From: an uncultured Thalassospiraceae bacterium | GTDB taxonomy: Bacteria > Pseudomonadota > Alphaproteobacteria > Rhodospirillales > 2-02-FULL-58-16 | Length of the DNA: 64,000 nucleotides | Assembly: GCA_964632795.1 (NCBI GenBank) | Contig: CAZWEZ010000001.1 | Coordinates: 45,922-109,921 of the forward strand | Reading direction: 5' to 3' | Part shown: one piece after another, positions 8,415 to 17,994 of the stretch | Numbering within the stretch: position 1 is the first letter of the stretch | Layout: each line of letters starts with the position of its first letter | Translations under genes and position numbers: made by a program | The notes under the pieces: generated by a model | The model's database searches: none | Seen by the model: only the letters and a program-made list of their open reading frames with translations | Told to the model about the DNA's origin: nothing

Positions 8415-9884
8415 TCATTGCGCGCTTACAATCAGATCGAGGGCTTCCTCGAAATTGGCGAACGCCTCGTCCAACAACGTGATGGCGTACTTCTTGTTGT
8501 GGACGCCGTTGCCGATCGCCACGACGTTGAGAATCCTGCGTCCCTCGGTGATCAGGCGCTTGGCTTCCTGAAGCCTGTCCTCCGGCACCTCGCCCAGGGC
8601 ATCCTCCAAGACCAGGAGCGCCTCTTCCTCGATTTCCTTGACGGCCTGTACCTCGCGGCCCAGGAAATCCTTCCAATCCTGGAGCATCTTGGAATGCTCC
8701 TTGGTGTGGCAGTCGACACAAGCCTGTCCCGTACCGGTCTTCACCACCTGGCCCTTGTTGTGGGCGATCCTGATATGACAGCCTGTGCAGTTGGTCTTGA
8801 CGGCATCCATAAAGCCGGGCGCCCCCGAAACGCCTTCAACCACGGTCTCGCCGGCCAGCAACAACTTTTGGAACTTGTGGTGGTCGGGATGGCATAGCGT
8901 GCAATTGAGGCGAACGTCATCCATGTAGTTCTTCTTCTCGCCGTGCTGAATGACGTCGTGACAGTCGAAGCAGCCGGCCTTTTGGGATTCGACGTGTTTG
9001 TCGTGCATCAGCTTCTTGTCGCTCACCTTGGCGACCAGATCCGCCGTCACATTGTGGCAAGTCAGACATCCACCCGCATTGATCTTGCCCAAAACGACCT
9101 TGCCCGTGCCCTTGACGACATGGATGTGGCAGCTTTCACAGGACACACCGGCCTTCTGTAACGTCTGGTGGGTGATCGGCTGCTGGCTTGTGTCTTCTTC
9201 CGATGTCTGCTTTTGCAGCGACTTGGTCGGGATCTTGTGGCACATATCACACTTGGCCAGTCCCTGATTGAACTTGACCGTTTCAAACTTGACCTCCACG
9301 GCGTCCGGGTCATCGCCGTTAATCTTCTTGGGCTTGAGGTGACATAGGGAGCATAACTCCTTGGGCACCTCGAAGTGCTTCTCGACCGTATATTTAAAAT
9401 GGCAGGTGGTGCAGTTCAGGTTCACGCCTTCGAGGCCTTTCTCGAAGTGGATCTTGTGCTTGAACGTGGTCGAATTGATGTACTTGATCTCCTTGTCCTG
9501 GAACTTTTCCTTGGAGTGACAGCCCGAAGTCAGACAGGATCCGTCCCTCAACTTGGCGCGTATCGGCAAAGGGGCGTAGGGATCGAAAAAATACGCCGCG
9601 GCGTGTCGCAGGCCTTTGAATTTTGCGGTTAACGTCCTCTTCTCGCCGGGAAGAAAATGGCAAACCACGCACTCCGCCTGTTCGCCCTTTTCGTTATTCG
9701 CGGCGTAGTGCTTGGAAGACTTCCAGGCGTTATACGGCTCGGCCATGATATGGCAGCCCAAGCCGCAGAACGTGGACCGCGAGGTGGCATATTCCATACC
9801 CATCAGGCCACCAACCACAGAAATGACGAGAGCGGCGATGCCGATAACGACTGTTTTCCAGCCGAAGGAGAACCTCACATTCAA
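8415..9884 (-). CDS. Membrane-anchored dodecaheme c-type cytochrome with NapC/NrfH-like N-terminus (module 1)
   Basis: 489 aa. N-terminal TM helix followed by FCGLGCHIMAEPYNAWKSSKH. 10 CXXCH sites plus one CX3CH and one CX4CH (CLTSGCH). Heme-free helical C-terminal tail. Confidence 0.9.
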   Translation of the reverse strand: MNVRFSFGWKTVVIGIAALVISVVGGLMGMEYATSRSTFCGLGCHIMAEPYNAWKSSKHYAANNEKGEQAECVVCHFLPGEKRTLTAKFKGLRHAAAYFFDPYAPLPIRAKLRDGSCLTSGCHSKEKFQDKEIKYINSTTFKHKIHFEKGLEGVNLNCTTCHFKYTVEKHFEVPKELCSLCHLKPKKINGDDPDAVEVKFETVKFNQGLAKCDMCHKIPTKSLQKQTSEEDTSQQPITHQTLQKAGVSCESCHIHVVKGTGKVVLGKINAGGCLTCHNVTADLVAKVSDKKLMHDKHVESQKAGCFDCHDVIQHGEKKNYMDDVRLNCTLCHPDHHKFQKLLLAGETVVEGVSGAPGFMDAVKTNCTGCHIRIAHNKGQVVKTGTGQACVDCHTKEHSKMLQDWKDFLGREVQAVKEIEEEALLVLEDALGEVPEDRLQEAKRLITEGRRILNVVAIGNGVHNKKYAITLLDEAFANFEEALDLIVSAQ

Positions 9885-10564
9885 AGTTTATTTCCCTCTG
9901 GACGAGTCAGGATTGGCCTTGATTCCCCCCGGCGACTTAGGCCCTGATTCCCTCTCTTTTACTAAGTCTCTTGGGTCACTCTCATCCGGTTCCATCTTCC
10001 CTCGACGGGACTATGATCGTCCAATGATTCCAAGGGACTCGGATTATATTAGCTTCGAATAATATTTCAACAAGGATTCTCGAAATTCGACGCCGACGCC
10101 GGCCTGCATCGGGAGATGAAGGTGCCCATTCCGGGACATTGGCTAATGACCGGCAACCCCGCCTTCGGACCACATCAACAGCGATGTCCGGATACGCGCG
10201 AGCTTGATTCATCTCAGAAGCGCCGATGCCATGAAGGCGGATTCCCTCGCCGGCCATCTCTAGGGCATCACCGTCGTTGACACGGGCCTGGCCGGTGACA
10301 TCCTCTGCCTGGAGAGGACTCTCAGACTATATGAGCCGAGTTAATGCCCTTGAAACCATCATGAAGGAAGCATAACCTGTCCAATAAACTATGCATTCCT
10401 CGCGATTTTCAACAGGCATAGAGACATTCCCATTGTCTCAAGCCGATTCGCTGAAAACGTAATGGGGCTGCGGTCTCACAGCCAAAGAGGGAGGTGTTCA
10501 TATCATCAGGTCAGGTGAAGGAACGATCTACGCTGACGATTCAGGCAACGGCGTTCAGCCGCCG

Positions 10565-11440
10565 TTGGGGTACGGCTGCATCAGCCGTCGAACCTTCGTG
10601 GGGGCCTGCGCGGCTACGCTTGTAACCCGCGGTGCCATGGCGGCGTCCTCCGGCACGGTCAGGTTCGGGCTGACACCGGTCTTTCTGGATACCGACATCC
10701 AGCTTCTGGCCGCGCTGGAGCGTTATTTGAGTGACCGCCTCGGCCGGCCGGTCGAACTGATCAAGCGGCGCACTTATCAGGAAATAACGTTGATGTTGCT
10801 GTCCGGGTGGCTCGACGCGGCGTGGATTTGCGGTTACCCTTACGTCCGCTACCGCGACCAGCTGTACCTTCTCGCCGTGCCCGTCTACCTGGGCAAGCCC
10901 CTCTATCAGTCCTATCTGATCGTCAATGCCGACAGCCCCGTCGAGACGGTCGCCGGTTTACGGGGGCGGGTCCACGCGTTCTCCGATCCCGACAGCAACT
11001 CGGGCTTTCTGGTGACCCAGCACCTTCTCGCCACCATGGGCGAATCACCGGATACCTTCTTCAGCCGTTATTTCTTCACCTACGGCCACCGCAACGTGGT
11101 GCGCGCCGTTTCCTCCAGCCTTGCCGAGTCTGGCAGCGTCGACGGCTACGTATGGGAGGTCATAAAACACAATGGAAGCAGACTTGTCGAAGGCACCCGG
11201 GTGATCCGCAAATCCGAGTGGCTCGGCTTCCCCCCGGTGGTCTGCAACCGCAACGCCCGCGACGTTGATGCCATCAAGGGCATTGCCGAAGCCTTGATTT
11301 CGATGAACGAGGATGACCTCGGCCAGGAAATACTGGCGGCCCTGCACCTGGACGGTTTCATCCGTGGCAGCCCCCCCCTGTTCGACGGGATCGAGGAGAA
11401 GTACAAATTCGTCCGCAACGTGTTTCGTGACAAGACATGA
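10565..11440 (+). CDS. Periplasmic PhnD-like (phosphonate/oxyanion-binding family) substrate-binding protein, AioX/ArxX-like sensor partner
   Basis: 291 aa. Tat-like leader SRRTFVGACAATLV. 'VRFGLTPVFLD...YQEITLMLLSGWLDAAWICGYPY...DPDSNSGFLV' matches the PhnD-type SBP fold pattern. Overlaps the histidine kinase start. Confidence 0.75.
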   Translation: MGYGCISRRTFVGACAATLVTRGAMAASSGTVRFGLTPVFLDTDIQLLAALERYLSDRLGRPVELIKRRTYQEITLMLLSGWLDAAWICGYPYVRYRDQLYLLAVPVYLGKPLYQSYLIVNADSPVETVAGLRGRVHAFSDPDSNSGFLVTQHLLATMGESPDTFFSRYFFTYGHRNVVRAVSSSLAESGSVDGYVWEVIKHNGSRLVEGTRVIRKSEWLGFPPVVCNRNARDVDAIKGIAEALISMNEDDLGQEILAALHLDGFIRGSPPLFDGIEEKYKFVRNVFRDKT

Positions 11441-12897
11441 AGGCGCCCGCCATCAACCCCGCTGCTTGGCCGCTGACGTTGAAGGTGCCTCTGCTGGTCG
11501 CCGTCTTGATCGTCTCGGCCACCGCGATCGCCTCGAACATTGTTCTGATGCGCATATCGGAGACTCAGAAAACGAACCTGCAACAGCTTACCGGCTCCTA
11601 TCTCGACGGCCTTTCCACCGCGCTCATGCCACACGTCATCCGCAAGGATATCTGGGAGACTTTCGATACGCTGGATCGCACCCGGGAGCAGTATGAGGGC
11701 GTCCACGTCCTAAATAACATCGTCGCGCTGAACGATGGGTCCGTCCTCGCCGCCTCCGATCCCCGAGCCTTCCCCGTTCTTTCACCGGTCCCCGAGAAAC
11801 TCACCGAACGGTTCCCGAACGGGGAAGAGTTGGTGATCGACGATGTCGACGGCCGGGCCTGGACGCGGCGGACTTTGAAGGAAGGGAACGTCCCGGTCGG
11901 CAGCATCTTCGTCGAGATCGACATCTCGGATCTGCTGCGAGAGCGCCACGAGGTCCTGGTCACGCTGATCGTCGTCAACAGCTTGTTGACGCTGATCTTC
12001 GTCGCCTTTGGATATGTCATGGCACGGCGCATGGTGCGGCCGCTGTCGGTACTGACCGCCTATGTCGAGCACGTTCGCGAGGGCAAGATGGAGCTGATCC
12101 CTCCGCGATACATGCCGGCCCCGGGTACTGAATTCGGCGACCTGTTCCGGCGGTTCAACGCCATGGCGCAGGCCCTGAACGAACGGGAAGCGCTGGCTGC
12201 CCGCCTCGCCGAGGAGGAAAAAATGGCTCAGCTCGGCCGGCTTGCCTCGGGCATGGCGCATGAGGTCAACAATCCGCTGGGCGGCATGATGAACGCCGTG
12301 GACACCCTTCAAAAGCACGGTGACGAGCCGGAGGTGCGGACAACCTCGCTCGACCTCCTGAGGCGCGGGCTGACCGGAATCCGCAACGTGGTGCGGGCGG
12401 CCCTCGTCACCTACAAGGGCGTTCCCGACCCACACCACTTGGGCCGCCGCGATCTCGACGATCTCAGGTTTTTGGTCCAGCATGAAATCCGCCGCCGCCG
12501 CCTTCGCCTGCTCTGGCTCAATGACCTGCCCGACGAGGTTTCGGTGGATGGCGAGGCGACCCGGCAGGCCGCCTTGAATTTGATTCTCAACGCCTGTGCC
12601 GCCTCGCCCACCGGCGGCATGGTCAGGGTCGAGGCGCGCCGCGAGGACGGCGCCCTCCATATCACCATCGCCGACGACGGTCCCGGACTTCCCGAAACGG
12701 TGGCCGCGCTATTCGAAGAGGCCAGCACCGACGTCCCGCCACCGAAAGGAATCACGGGTCTCGGGACGTGGACGGCGGCCCACCTGGTGGCCCGCATGAA
12801 CGGCCGCTTCCAGGTGGCCACCGCGGCACAAGGGGGGACCCGGCTGACCATGGTCATTCCGCTGCGGCGAGAGGAGAAGCTCGTTGCCGCCGCTTGA
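11437..12897 (+). CDS. Sensor histidine kinase
   Basis: 486 aa. Two TM segments flank a periplasmic region. H-box SGMAHEVNNPLGG. ATPase boxes LNLILNACAAS, DDGPGLP, GITGLG. Confidence 0.9.
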   Translation: MKAPAINPAAWPLTLKVPLLVAVLIVSATAIASNIVLMRISETQKTNLQQLTGSYLDGLSTALMPHVIRKDIWETFDTLDRTREQYEGVHVLNNIVALNDGSVLAASDPRAFPVLSPVPEKLTERFPNGEELVIDDVDGRAWTRRTLKEGNVPVGSIFVEIDISDLLRERHEVLVTLIVVNSLLTLIFVAFGYVMARRMVRPLSVLTAYVEHVREGKMELIPPRYMPAPGTEFGDLFRRFNAMAQALNEREALAARLAEEEKMAQLGRLASGMAHEVNNPLGGMMNAVDTLQKHGDEPEVRTTSLDLLRRGLTGIRNVVRAALVTYKGVPDPHHLGRRDLDDLRFLVQHEIRRRRLRLLWLNDLPDEVSVDGEATRQAALNLILNACAASPTGGMVRVEARREDGALHITIADDGPGLPETVAALFEEASTDVPPPKGITGLGTWTAAHLVARMNGRFQVATAAQGGTRLTMVIPLRREEKLVAAA

Positions 12898-14218
12898 CCG
12901 CCCCTGCGTGGCGATCGTCGAAGACGACCCTGTGATGGGCGGATCGCTGGTCCAGCGGCTTGATCTCGAAGGCTACCAAACCCGGTGGTGGCAGACCGGG
13001 GCGGAAGCGCTGGACGAACTTCGCGGCTTTCGGCCGGATGTGTTGGTCTGCGACATCCGTCTTCCGGACATGAATGGCGAGGAATTGTTCCAGAAGGGGG
13101 CGCCTCACCTGGGAACCACCCCCGTTCTGTTCATCACCGCCTTCGCCGAAATCGAACAGGCCGTAAGGCTGATCCGAAAAGGGGCCGACGACTACCTCTC
13201 CAAGCCCTTCGACATGAAGGACTTTCTTGCCCGAATCGATTACTTGGTAAATCGACACAGTCTGCCGGCCGGCTTGGCCCCGACAACCCTCGGTGTTTCC
13301 GAATCCATGCAGAGGCTCGAGGAACTCCTGCGAAGGATCGCCGACATCGAGAGCACCATCCTGTTGACCGGCGAGAGCGGCGTCGGCAAGGAGGTCGCGG
13401 CGCGCCTTCTCCACCGGATTTCGCCGCTGGCGAAGGCCCCCTTCATCGCCGTCAACTGCGCCGCCATCCCACGCGATCTGATGGAGAGCGAACTGTTCGG
13501 GCACGAACGTGGCGCGTTCACCGGCGCCCATGCCCGCCATGAAGGGTATGCCGAGCGCGCCGGCGGCGGGATACTGTTTCTCGACGAGGTCGGGGACTTG
13601 CCGCTGTCGCTCCAGGCCAAGCTTCTCCGACTGCTTCAGGAGAGAGTCTTCACGCGGGTCGGCGGCGAGAGCACCATCGAGTTCAGTGCCCGTTTGATCT
13701 GCTCGTCGAACAGCGACCTGGAGGCGCTGGTCGCCGCCGGCCGCTTCCGCCAGGATCTCTACTACCGGATCCACGTCATTCCCATCGTCGTTCCTCCCTT
13801 GCGCGACCATCCCGAGGATATCCTACCGTTGATCCACGGCTTTATCGCGCAGTTCGCGGAAATCTTCCGACGACCGGCCCGCGGCTTGACCGAGACCGCC
13901 GAGGAAACCGCGATCGCCTACGATTGGCCCGGCAACGTCCGCGAGCTGCGCAACCGCGTGGAGCATGCTGTAGCGCTTGCCGACGAGCCGCGGCTGGGCG
14001 CTCAGGACCTTTTTCCGGACGCCGGCCATGCCAGTGATTCCAACGAAATGCCCACTCTGAACGAAATTCGCGATCTGGCCGAGCACCGGCACATCCACAA
14101 GGCGCTGGAACGCACCGGCGGCCAGATTATCAAGACGGCGGAACTGCTGGGCATTTCCCGCACCACCCTGTGGACGAAAATGAACCGATTGGGCCTCAGC
14201 TCCAACGACGAGGATTGA
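12884..14218 (+). CDS. Sigma54-dependent response regulator (NtrC family)
   Basis: Receiver domain (VAIVEDDP...DVLVCDIRLPDMNG). AAA+ domain with GESGVGKEV and the GAFTGA loop. C-terminal Fis-type HTH AELLGISRTTLWTKMNRLG. Confidence 0.92.
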   Translation: MPPLDRPCVAIVEDDPVMGGSLVQRLDLEGYQTRWWQTGAEALDELRGFRPDVLVCDIRLPDMNGEELFQKGAPHLGTTPVLFITAFAEIEQAVRLIRKGADDYLSKPFDMKDFLARIDYLVNRHSLPAGLAPTTLGVSESMQRLEELLRRIADIESTILLTGESGVGKEVAARLLHRISPLAKAPFIAVNCAAIPRDLMESELFGHERGAFTGAHARHEGYAERAGGGILFLDEVGDLPLSLQAKLLRLLQERVFTRVGGESTIEFSARLICSSNSDLEALVAAGRFRQDLYYRIHVIPIVVPPLRDHPEDILPLIHGFIAQFAEIFRRPARGLTETAEETAIAYDWPGNVRELRNRVEHAVALADEPRLGAQDLFPDAGHASDSNEMPTLNEIRDLAEHRHIHKALERTGGQIIKTAELLGISRTTLWTKMNRLGLSSNDED

Positions 14219-14252
14219 CCGGGTTCGGTTTTCCGTACGCCGGGCCGGTGCG

Positions 14253-14288
14253 TGTTCTGATTTCCGAACAGAGCGCGGCATGCCGCGC
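14253..14288. promoter_or_regulatory. Two palindromes: candidate enhancer (UAS) sites or terminator of the regulator gene
   Basis: TGTTC-N8-GAACA at 14253..14270. Perfect 16-bp palindrome GCGCGGCATGCCGCGC at 14273..14288. The block ends 35 bp (begins 70 bp) upstream of the sigma54-like promoter. Confidence 0.35.
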
Positions 14289-14322
14289 CGCGGAATTCCT
14301 TGATTCTCTGCCTTTTCACCTC

Positions 14323-14338
14323 CGGCATGATTCTTGCT
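14323..14338 (+). promoter_or_regulatory. Candidate sigma54 (-24/-12) promoter for module 2
   Basis: CGGCATG-ATTC-TTGCT against consensus TGGCACG-N4-TTGCW. The GG and GC dinucleotides have the exact spacing. Lies 265 nt upstream of the FeS gene start at 14603. Confidence 0.5.
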
Positions 14339-14602
14339 CCTTCTGCCATCAATTAAACGATCATGACTGGGAGGAGTTCATAAAACATTGTCCGGCGATG
14401 GTCATTGCCGGCCGTTCCAATCTAATCATTTAGCAGCCGGAGGGCCGATTGGCTCCCTGGCGTTAATTCCGTGGCCAGCCGTAGGAAACGTCTCGCCCAT
14501 GGCAAGAATGGAATTGCCGTCCGGCTGGGAACGAAATCAGGTAGACGCGAAATGGCAAGAAGCCGATTGGGAGGAACAAAAAATGATGTGGAGTGACTTG
14601 AA

Positions 14603-15472
14603 ATGAGAAATCCATCCACCGAAAGGATCACCCGGCGTGAGGCCCTTGGCACCGCCGGCGCGGCGATGGCCGGAGCGGCTGTCGTCGCCGCCGTGACCGT
14701 AAGCGAGGCTGTCGCCGCGCAGGCCCCGAAGCGGGACGCGCCGCGATGGGTGATGGTCGTCGACCTGCGCAGGTGTATCGGCTGCAGGGCATGCACCATT
14801 TCCTGCAAGACCGAGAACGCGGTGCCGATCGGCAACTGGCGGACCGTCGTCCAGGAGAAAATGCACGGCACGTTCCCCAACACCACGAAGACCTTCGTGC
14901 CGGTGCTATGCAACAACTGCGAAGGCAACGAAAAGGACAAGATCCCGCCCTGCGTGAAGGAATGTCCCGAGTACCCGGCCGACCGGCAGGTCTACGTCAC
15001 CCCGGACGGGAAGAAGATCCGCTACCGGGACGGCGCCACCTACAAGCGGCCGGACGGGTTGATCCTGCTCGACAACTCCAAGTGCATCGGCTGCGGCAAG
15101 TGCATCGATGCCTGCCCGTATGGTGTCCGTTCCTTCAACCCGCTGGTCAAGGCGGGCAAGAAGCCCGAGGAGAACGGCATCACCAAGTGCGACTTCTGCC
15201 GGCACCGGGTCGACAACGGCGTCGAACCGTCCTGCGTCAACACCTGCCAGGGCCGGGCAAGGATTTTCGGCGACATCAACGATCCCGACAGCGAGGTTTC
15301 CAATCTGGCCAAGGAACATGGCCTCCTGGACAACCGGGACAAGTCGAACCTTCTACCCGAGGAAGGCACCTATCCGCACGTGTTCTACATCGATCCGGAC
15401 AACATCCTGAAGACCGGCTACACGAAGCGGCAACCGAAGAAGCTGGACCACTTCCGGGACGAGATCACCTAG
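14603..15472 (+). CDS. Four-cluster [4Fe-4S] subunit with Tat signal (module 2; paralog of 7472..8314)
   Basis: 289 aa. Tat signal TRREALGTAGAAMAGAA. Same four Cys groups and the same insertion in group 2 as the module 1 subunit. Confidence 0.9.
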   Translation: MRNPSTERITRREALGTAGAAMAGAAVVAAVTVSEAVAAQAPKRDAPRWVMVVDLRRCIGCRACTISCKTENAVPIGNWRTVVQEKMHGTFPNTTKTFVPVLCNNCEGNEKDKIPPCVKECPEYPADRQVYVTPDGKKIRYRDGATYKRPDGLILLDNSKCIGCGKCIDACPYGVRSFNPLVKAGKKPEENGITKCDFCRHRVDNGVEPSCVNTCQGRARIFGDINDPDSEVSNLAKEHGLLDNRDKSNLLPEEGTYPHVFYIDPDNILKTGYTKRQPKKLDHFRDEIT

Positions 15473-15502
15473 GCCCCGCCGGATACAGGAGGACAACAGA
15501 AA

Positions 15503-17962
15503 ATGTACAGCCTAAACCGTCGAAATTTCATGAAACTGGCCGCCCTCAGCGGCGCGGTCGTGGCGGCGGGGGCGGTCGACAGCCGTCCGGCGCTGGCCGG
15601 CACGATCAAACTCGAGAAAGGCGGCCGCGACTTCTCGCCGGCCACCGACAAGGAAAGGAAGGCGATCCCGTCAGCCTGCTGGCAGTGTGTCACCCGCGAC
15701 TCCATTATCGGCTACGTGGAGGACGGCCGGCTGGTGAAGATCGAGGGCCACCCCAAGTCGATCCGCACCCTCGGCAAGCTGTGCGCCAAGGGCCAGGCCG
15801 GCATGGATCAGGCCTACTTCCCGGACCGCATCCTCTATCCGCTGCAGCGCGTCGGCAAGCGCGGCGAGCACAAGTGGAAGAGGATTTCCTGGGACGCGGC
15901 GCTCGATCTTCTCGCCTCGAAGCTGAAACCGCTTCGCGACGCGGGGACGCCCGAGTTGTTCATGTACCAGTACGGCCGCCACAAGGCCAGCCAGGAAGCC
16001 ACCATGAAGGACTTCATGGGCGCTTATGGCAGCGGCACCATCGGCAACCACACCTCGATCTGCGAATCCGCCAAGTGGACCGCCATGGAGATGACCTGGG
16101 GCGGCGGCTACGACAACTGGGACTTCGACCGCACCGACTTCGTGATCAACTTCGGCTCCAACGTCTTCGAGTGCCACACCAACCACCTCCCGACATCGCA
16201 AAGGCTTATCAGGGCGATGGTCGACCGCGGGGTGCCGCTCTATACCTTCGACGTGCGTCTTTCCAACACCGCCGCCAAGTCGACCGAGTGGATCCCGATC
16301 AAGGTCAACACCGACGGCGCCGTTCAGTTGGCGATGACCAACCACATCATGAACAACAATCTGTATCACAAGGACTTCATCAAGTTCATGAAGGTGTCGG
16401 CGAAGTACGACCAAACCGACGCTGAAAAGATCGCCGAGATCAAGAAGCGGGTCGCCAAGTACACTCCCGAGTGGGCGGAAGGCGTCAGCGACGTTCCGGC
16501 GTCGAAGATCAAGCAAATCGCCACCGATTTCGCCAAGGCCAAGTCGGGGGTGGTGATCACCTATCGCGGCAACCTCATGCACTTCGACGGCGCCGAAAAC
16601 GAGCGGGCGTCGATGCTGCTTATGGCCGTCACCAACAACCTCAACAAGCCGGGCGGTCGTTGTAAGGCTGCTGGTGGAAGCTGGAAAGCTCCCTCGACGC
16701 CGAAGGCCAAGGTGCACAAGAAGTTGGATATCCTGGATGGCTTCCCGGGCAAACCTAGCGACACTTCCTATGCCTATCCGACGCACCACGCCAGCCACCA
16801 GGTCATCCCGATGATCATCGACGGCAGCTGGGGTCGGCCCAAGGTCTACTGGTGGAGCGCCTACATTCCGACCTACTCCAACGGCAACAACAACGAGGCC
16901 CGGAAGCTCTTCCTGGACGAGAAATTGATGCCGTTCCTGGTCTGTACGACCATCGGCTACGAGGAATCGTCGCAGTACGCCGATCTCATCCTTCCCGACG
17001 TCTCCTACCTCGAGCGGTGGGACTGGGAAGACATGCCGTCGGCCAACCAGATCGGCGAATGGTACTTCCGCCAGCCGCTGGTCAAGCCGCTGGGCGAGGC
17101 AAGATGCCAGGGCGACGTCTTCCCCGAGTTGGCGAAGAGGCTCGGCTTCGAGCTCACCTGGAGCAGCAAGGAGGACTATGTCAAGCAGTCCTGCAATATG
17201 ACTCCGGGCGTCAAGGAGGCTGGCGGCTTCGAGTACATGAAGAAGCATGGCGTGTGGGTTCCCCCCGGCGCCAAGCCGTTCTTCGGCAACCACGACCAGG
17301 AGGTCGACGTCTCCGGCGCCGACCTCGACGAGAAGACCGGCGTCTACTCGAAGGGCGGAAAATATGTCGGCCAGAAGATCGGCGACAAGGCCTACGCCGG
17401 TTTCGGAGGGGGAATGATCAGATCCGGCATGTGCGAATTCTATCAGGAGGCCATGGTCGAGAAGGGGCTTCCCGCGTTCCCCGGCTATACGCCAACGCCG
17501 GAGCATGTGGCGATGGAAGCCGACGACCTGATCCTGACCACCTTCAAGATCGCCTGCCACACCCACTCGCGGACCGCGGTCTCAAAGTTGCTGTCCGAGA
17601 TGTACCACGACAATCCCGGCTGGATGAACCCGAAGACGGCGGCCGAGCGCGGGATCAAGAACGGCGATGCGATCAAGGTCAAGAGCGAGATTGGCGAAAT
17701 CACTACCCACGTCAAGGTGACCGAGGGCATCATCCCCGGGGTCATCGCCATCTCCCACCATGTCGGACGGGAACACTCCGGGCGCTGGGGATCGGGCATG
17801 AAGTCCCCGGTTCCGGGCGTCCACGACGACGATCCGGACCTCAAGCTCAAATGGTGGGACAAGAACGGCGTACATCCCAACGTCCTCATCCCCAACAAGG
17901 GAGATCGTGTCAGCGGCACGATGCGCTGGATGGACACCGTGGTGAAGGTCACCAAGGCCTGA
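15503..17962 (+). CDS. Mo-bisPGD oxidoreductase catalytic subunit, paralog 2
   Basis: 819 aa. Tat signal NRRNFMKLAALSGA. Same C-x2-C-x3-D-x27-C motif, 'NHTSICESAK', and long colinear identity with paralog 1. Confidence 0.92.
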   Translation: MYSLNRRNFMKLAALSGAVVAAGAVDSRPALAGTIKLEKGGRDFSPATDKERKAIPSACWQCVTRDSIIGYVEDGRLVKIEGHPKSIRTLGKLCAKGQAGMDQAYFPDRILYPLQRVGKRGEHKWKRISWDAALDLLASKLKPLRDAGTPELFMYQYGRHKASQEATMKDFMGAYGSGTIGNHTSICESAKWTAMEMTWGGGYDNWDFDRTDFVINFGSNVFECHTNHLPTSQRLIRAMVDRGVPLYTFDVRLSNTAAKSTEWIPIKVNTDGAVQLAMTNHIMNNNLYHKDFIKFMKVSAKYDQTDAEKIAEIKKRVAKYTPEWAEGVSDVPASKIKQIATDFAKAKSGVVITYRGNLMHFDGAENERASMLLMAVTNNLNKPGGRCKAAGGSWKAPSTPKAKVHKKLDILDGFPGKPSDTSYAYPTHHASHQVIPMIIDGSWGRPKVYWWSAYIPTYSNGNNNEARKLFLDEKLMPFLVCTTIGYEESSQYADLILPDVSYLERWDWEDMPSANQIGEWYFRQPLVKPLGEARCQGDVFPELAKRLGFELTWSSKEDYVKQSCNMTPGVKEAGGFEYMKKHGVWVPPGAKPFFGNHDQEVDVSGADLDEKTGVYSKGGKYVGQKIGDKAYAGFGGGMIRSGMCEFYQEAMVEKGLPAFPGYTPTPEHVAMEADDLILTTFKIACHTHSRTAVSKLLSEMYHDNPGWMNPKTAAERGIKNGDAIKVKSEIGEITTHVKVTEGIIPGVIAISHHVGREHSGRWGSGMKSPVPGVHDDDPDLKLKWWDKNGVHPNVLIPNKGDRVSGTMRWMDTVVKVTKA

Positions 17963-17994
17963 GCCTGGCGCCTGGGTGGATGAAAGGAGAATTG

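Noticed and set aside
9885-10564. Searched for sigma54 -24/-12 elements upstream of module 1. The regions upstream of module 3 (30131..30491 and 31143..31400) were searched as well.
   Set aside because: Only off-spacing or partial matches were found, for example TGGCAT-N5-CTTC, or GG/GC spaced 11 instead of 12. ORF 9982..10257 in this spacer also looks non-coding.
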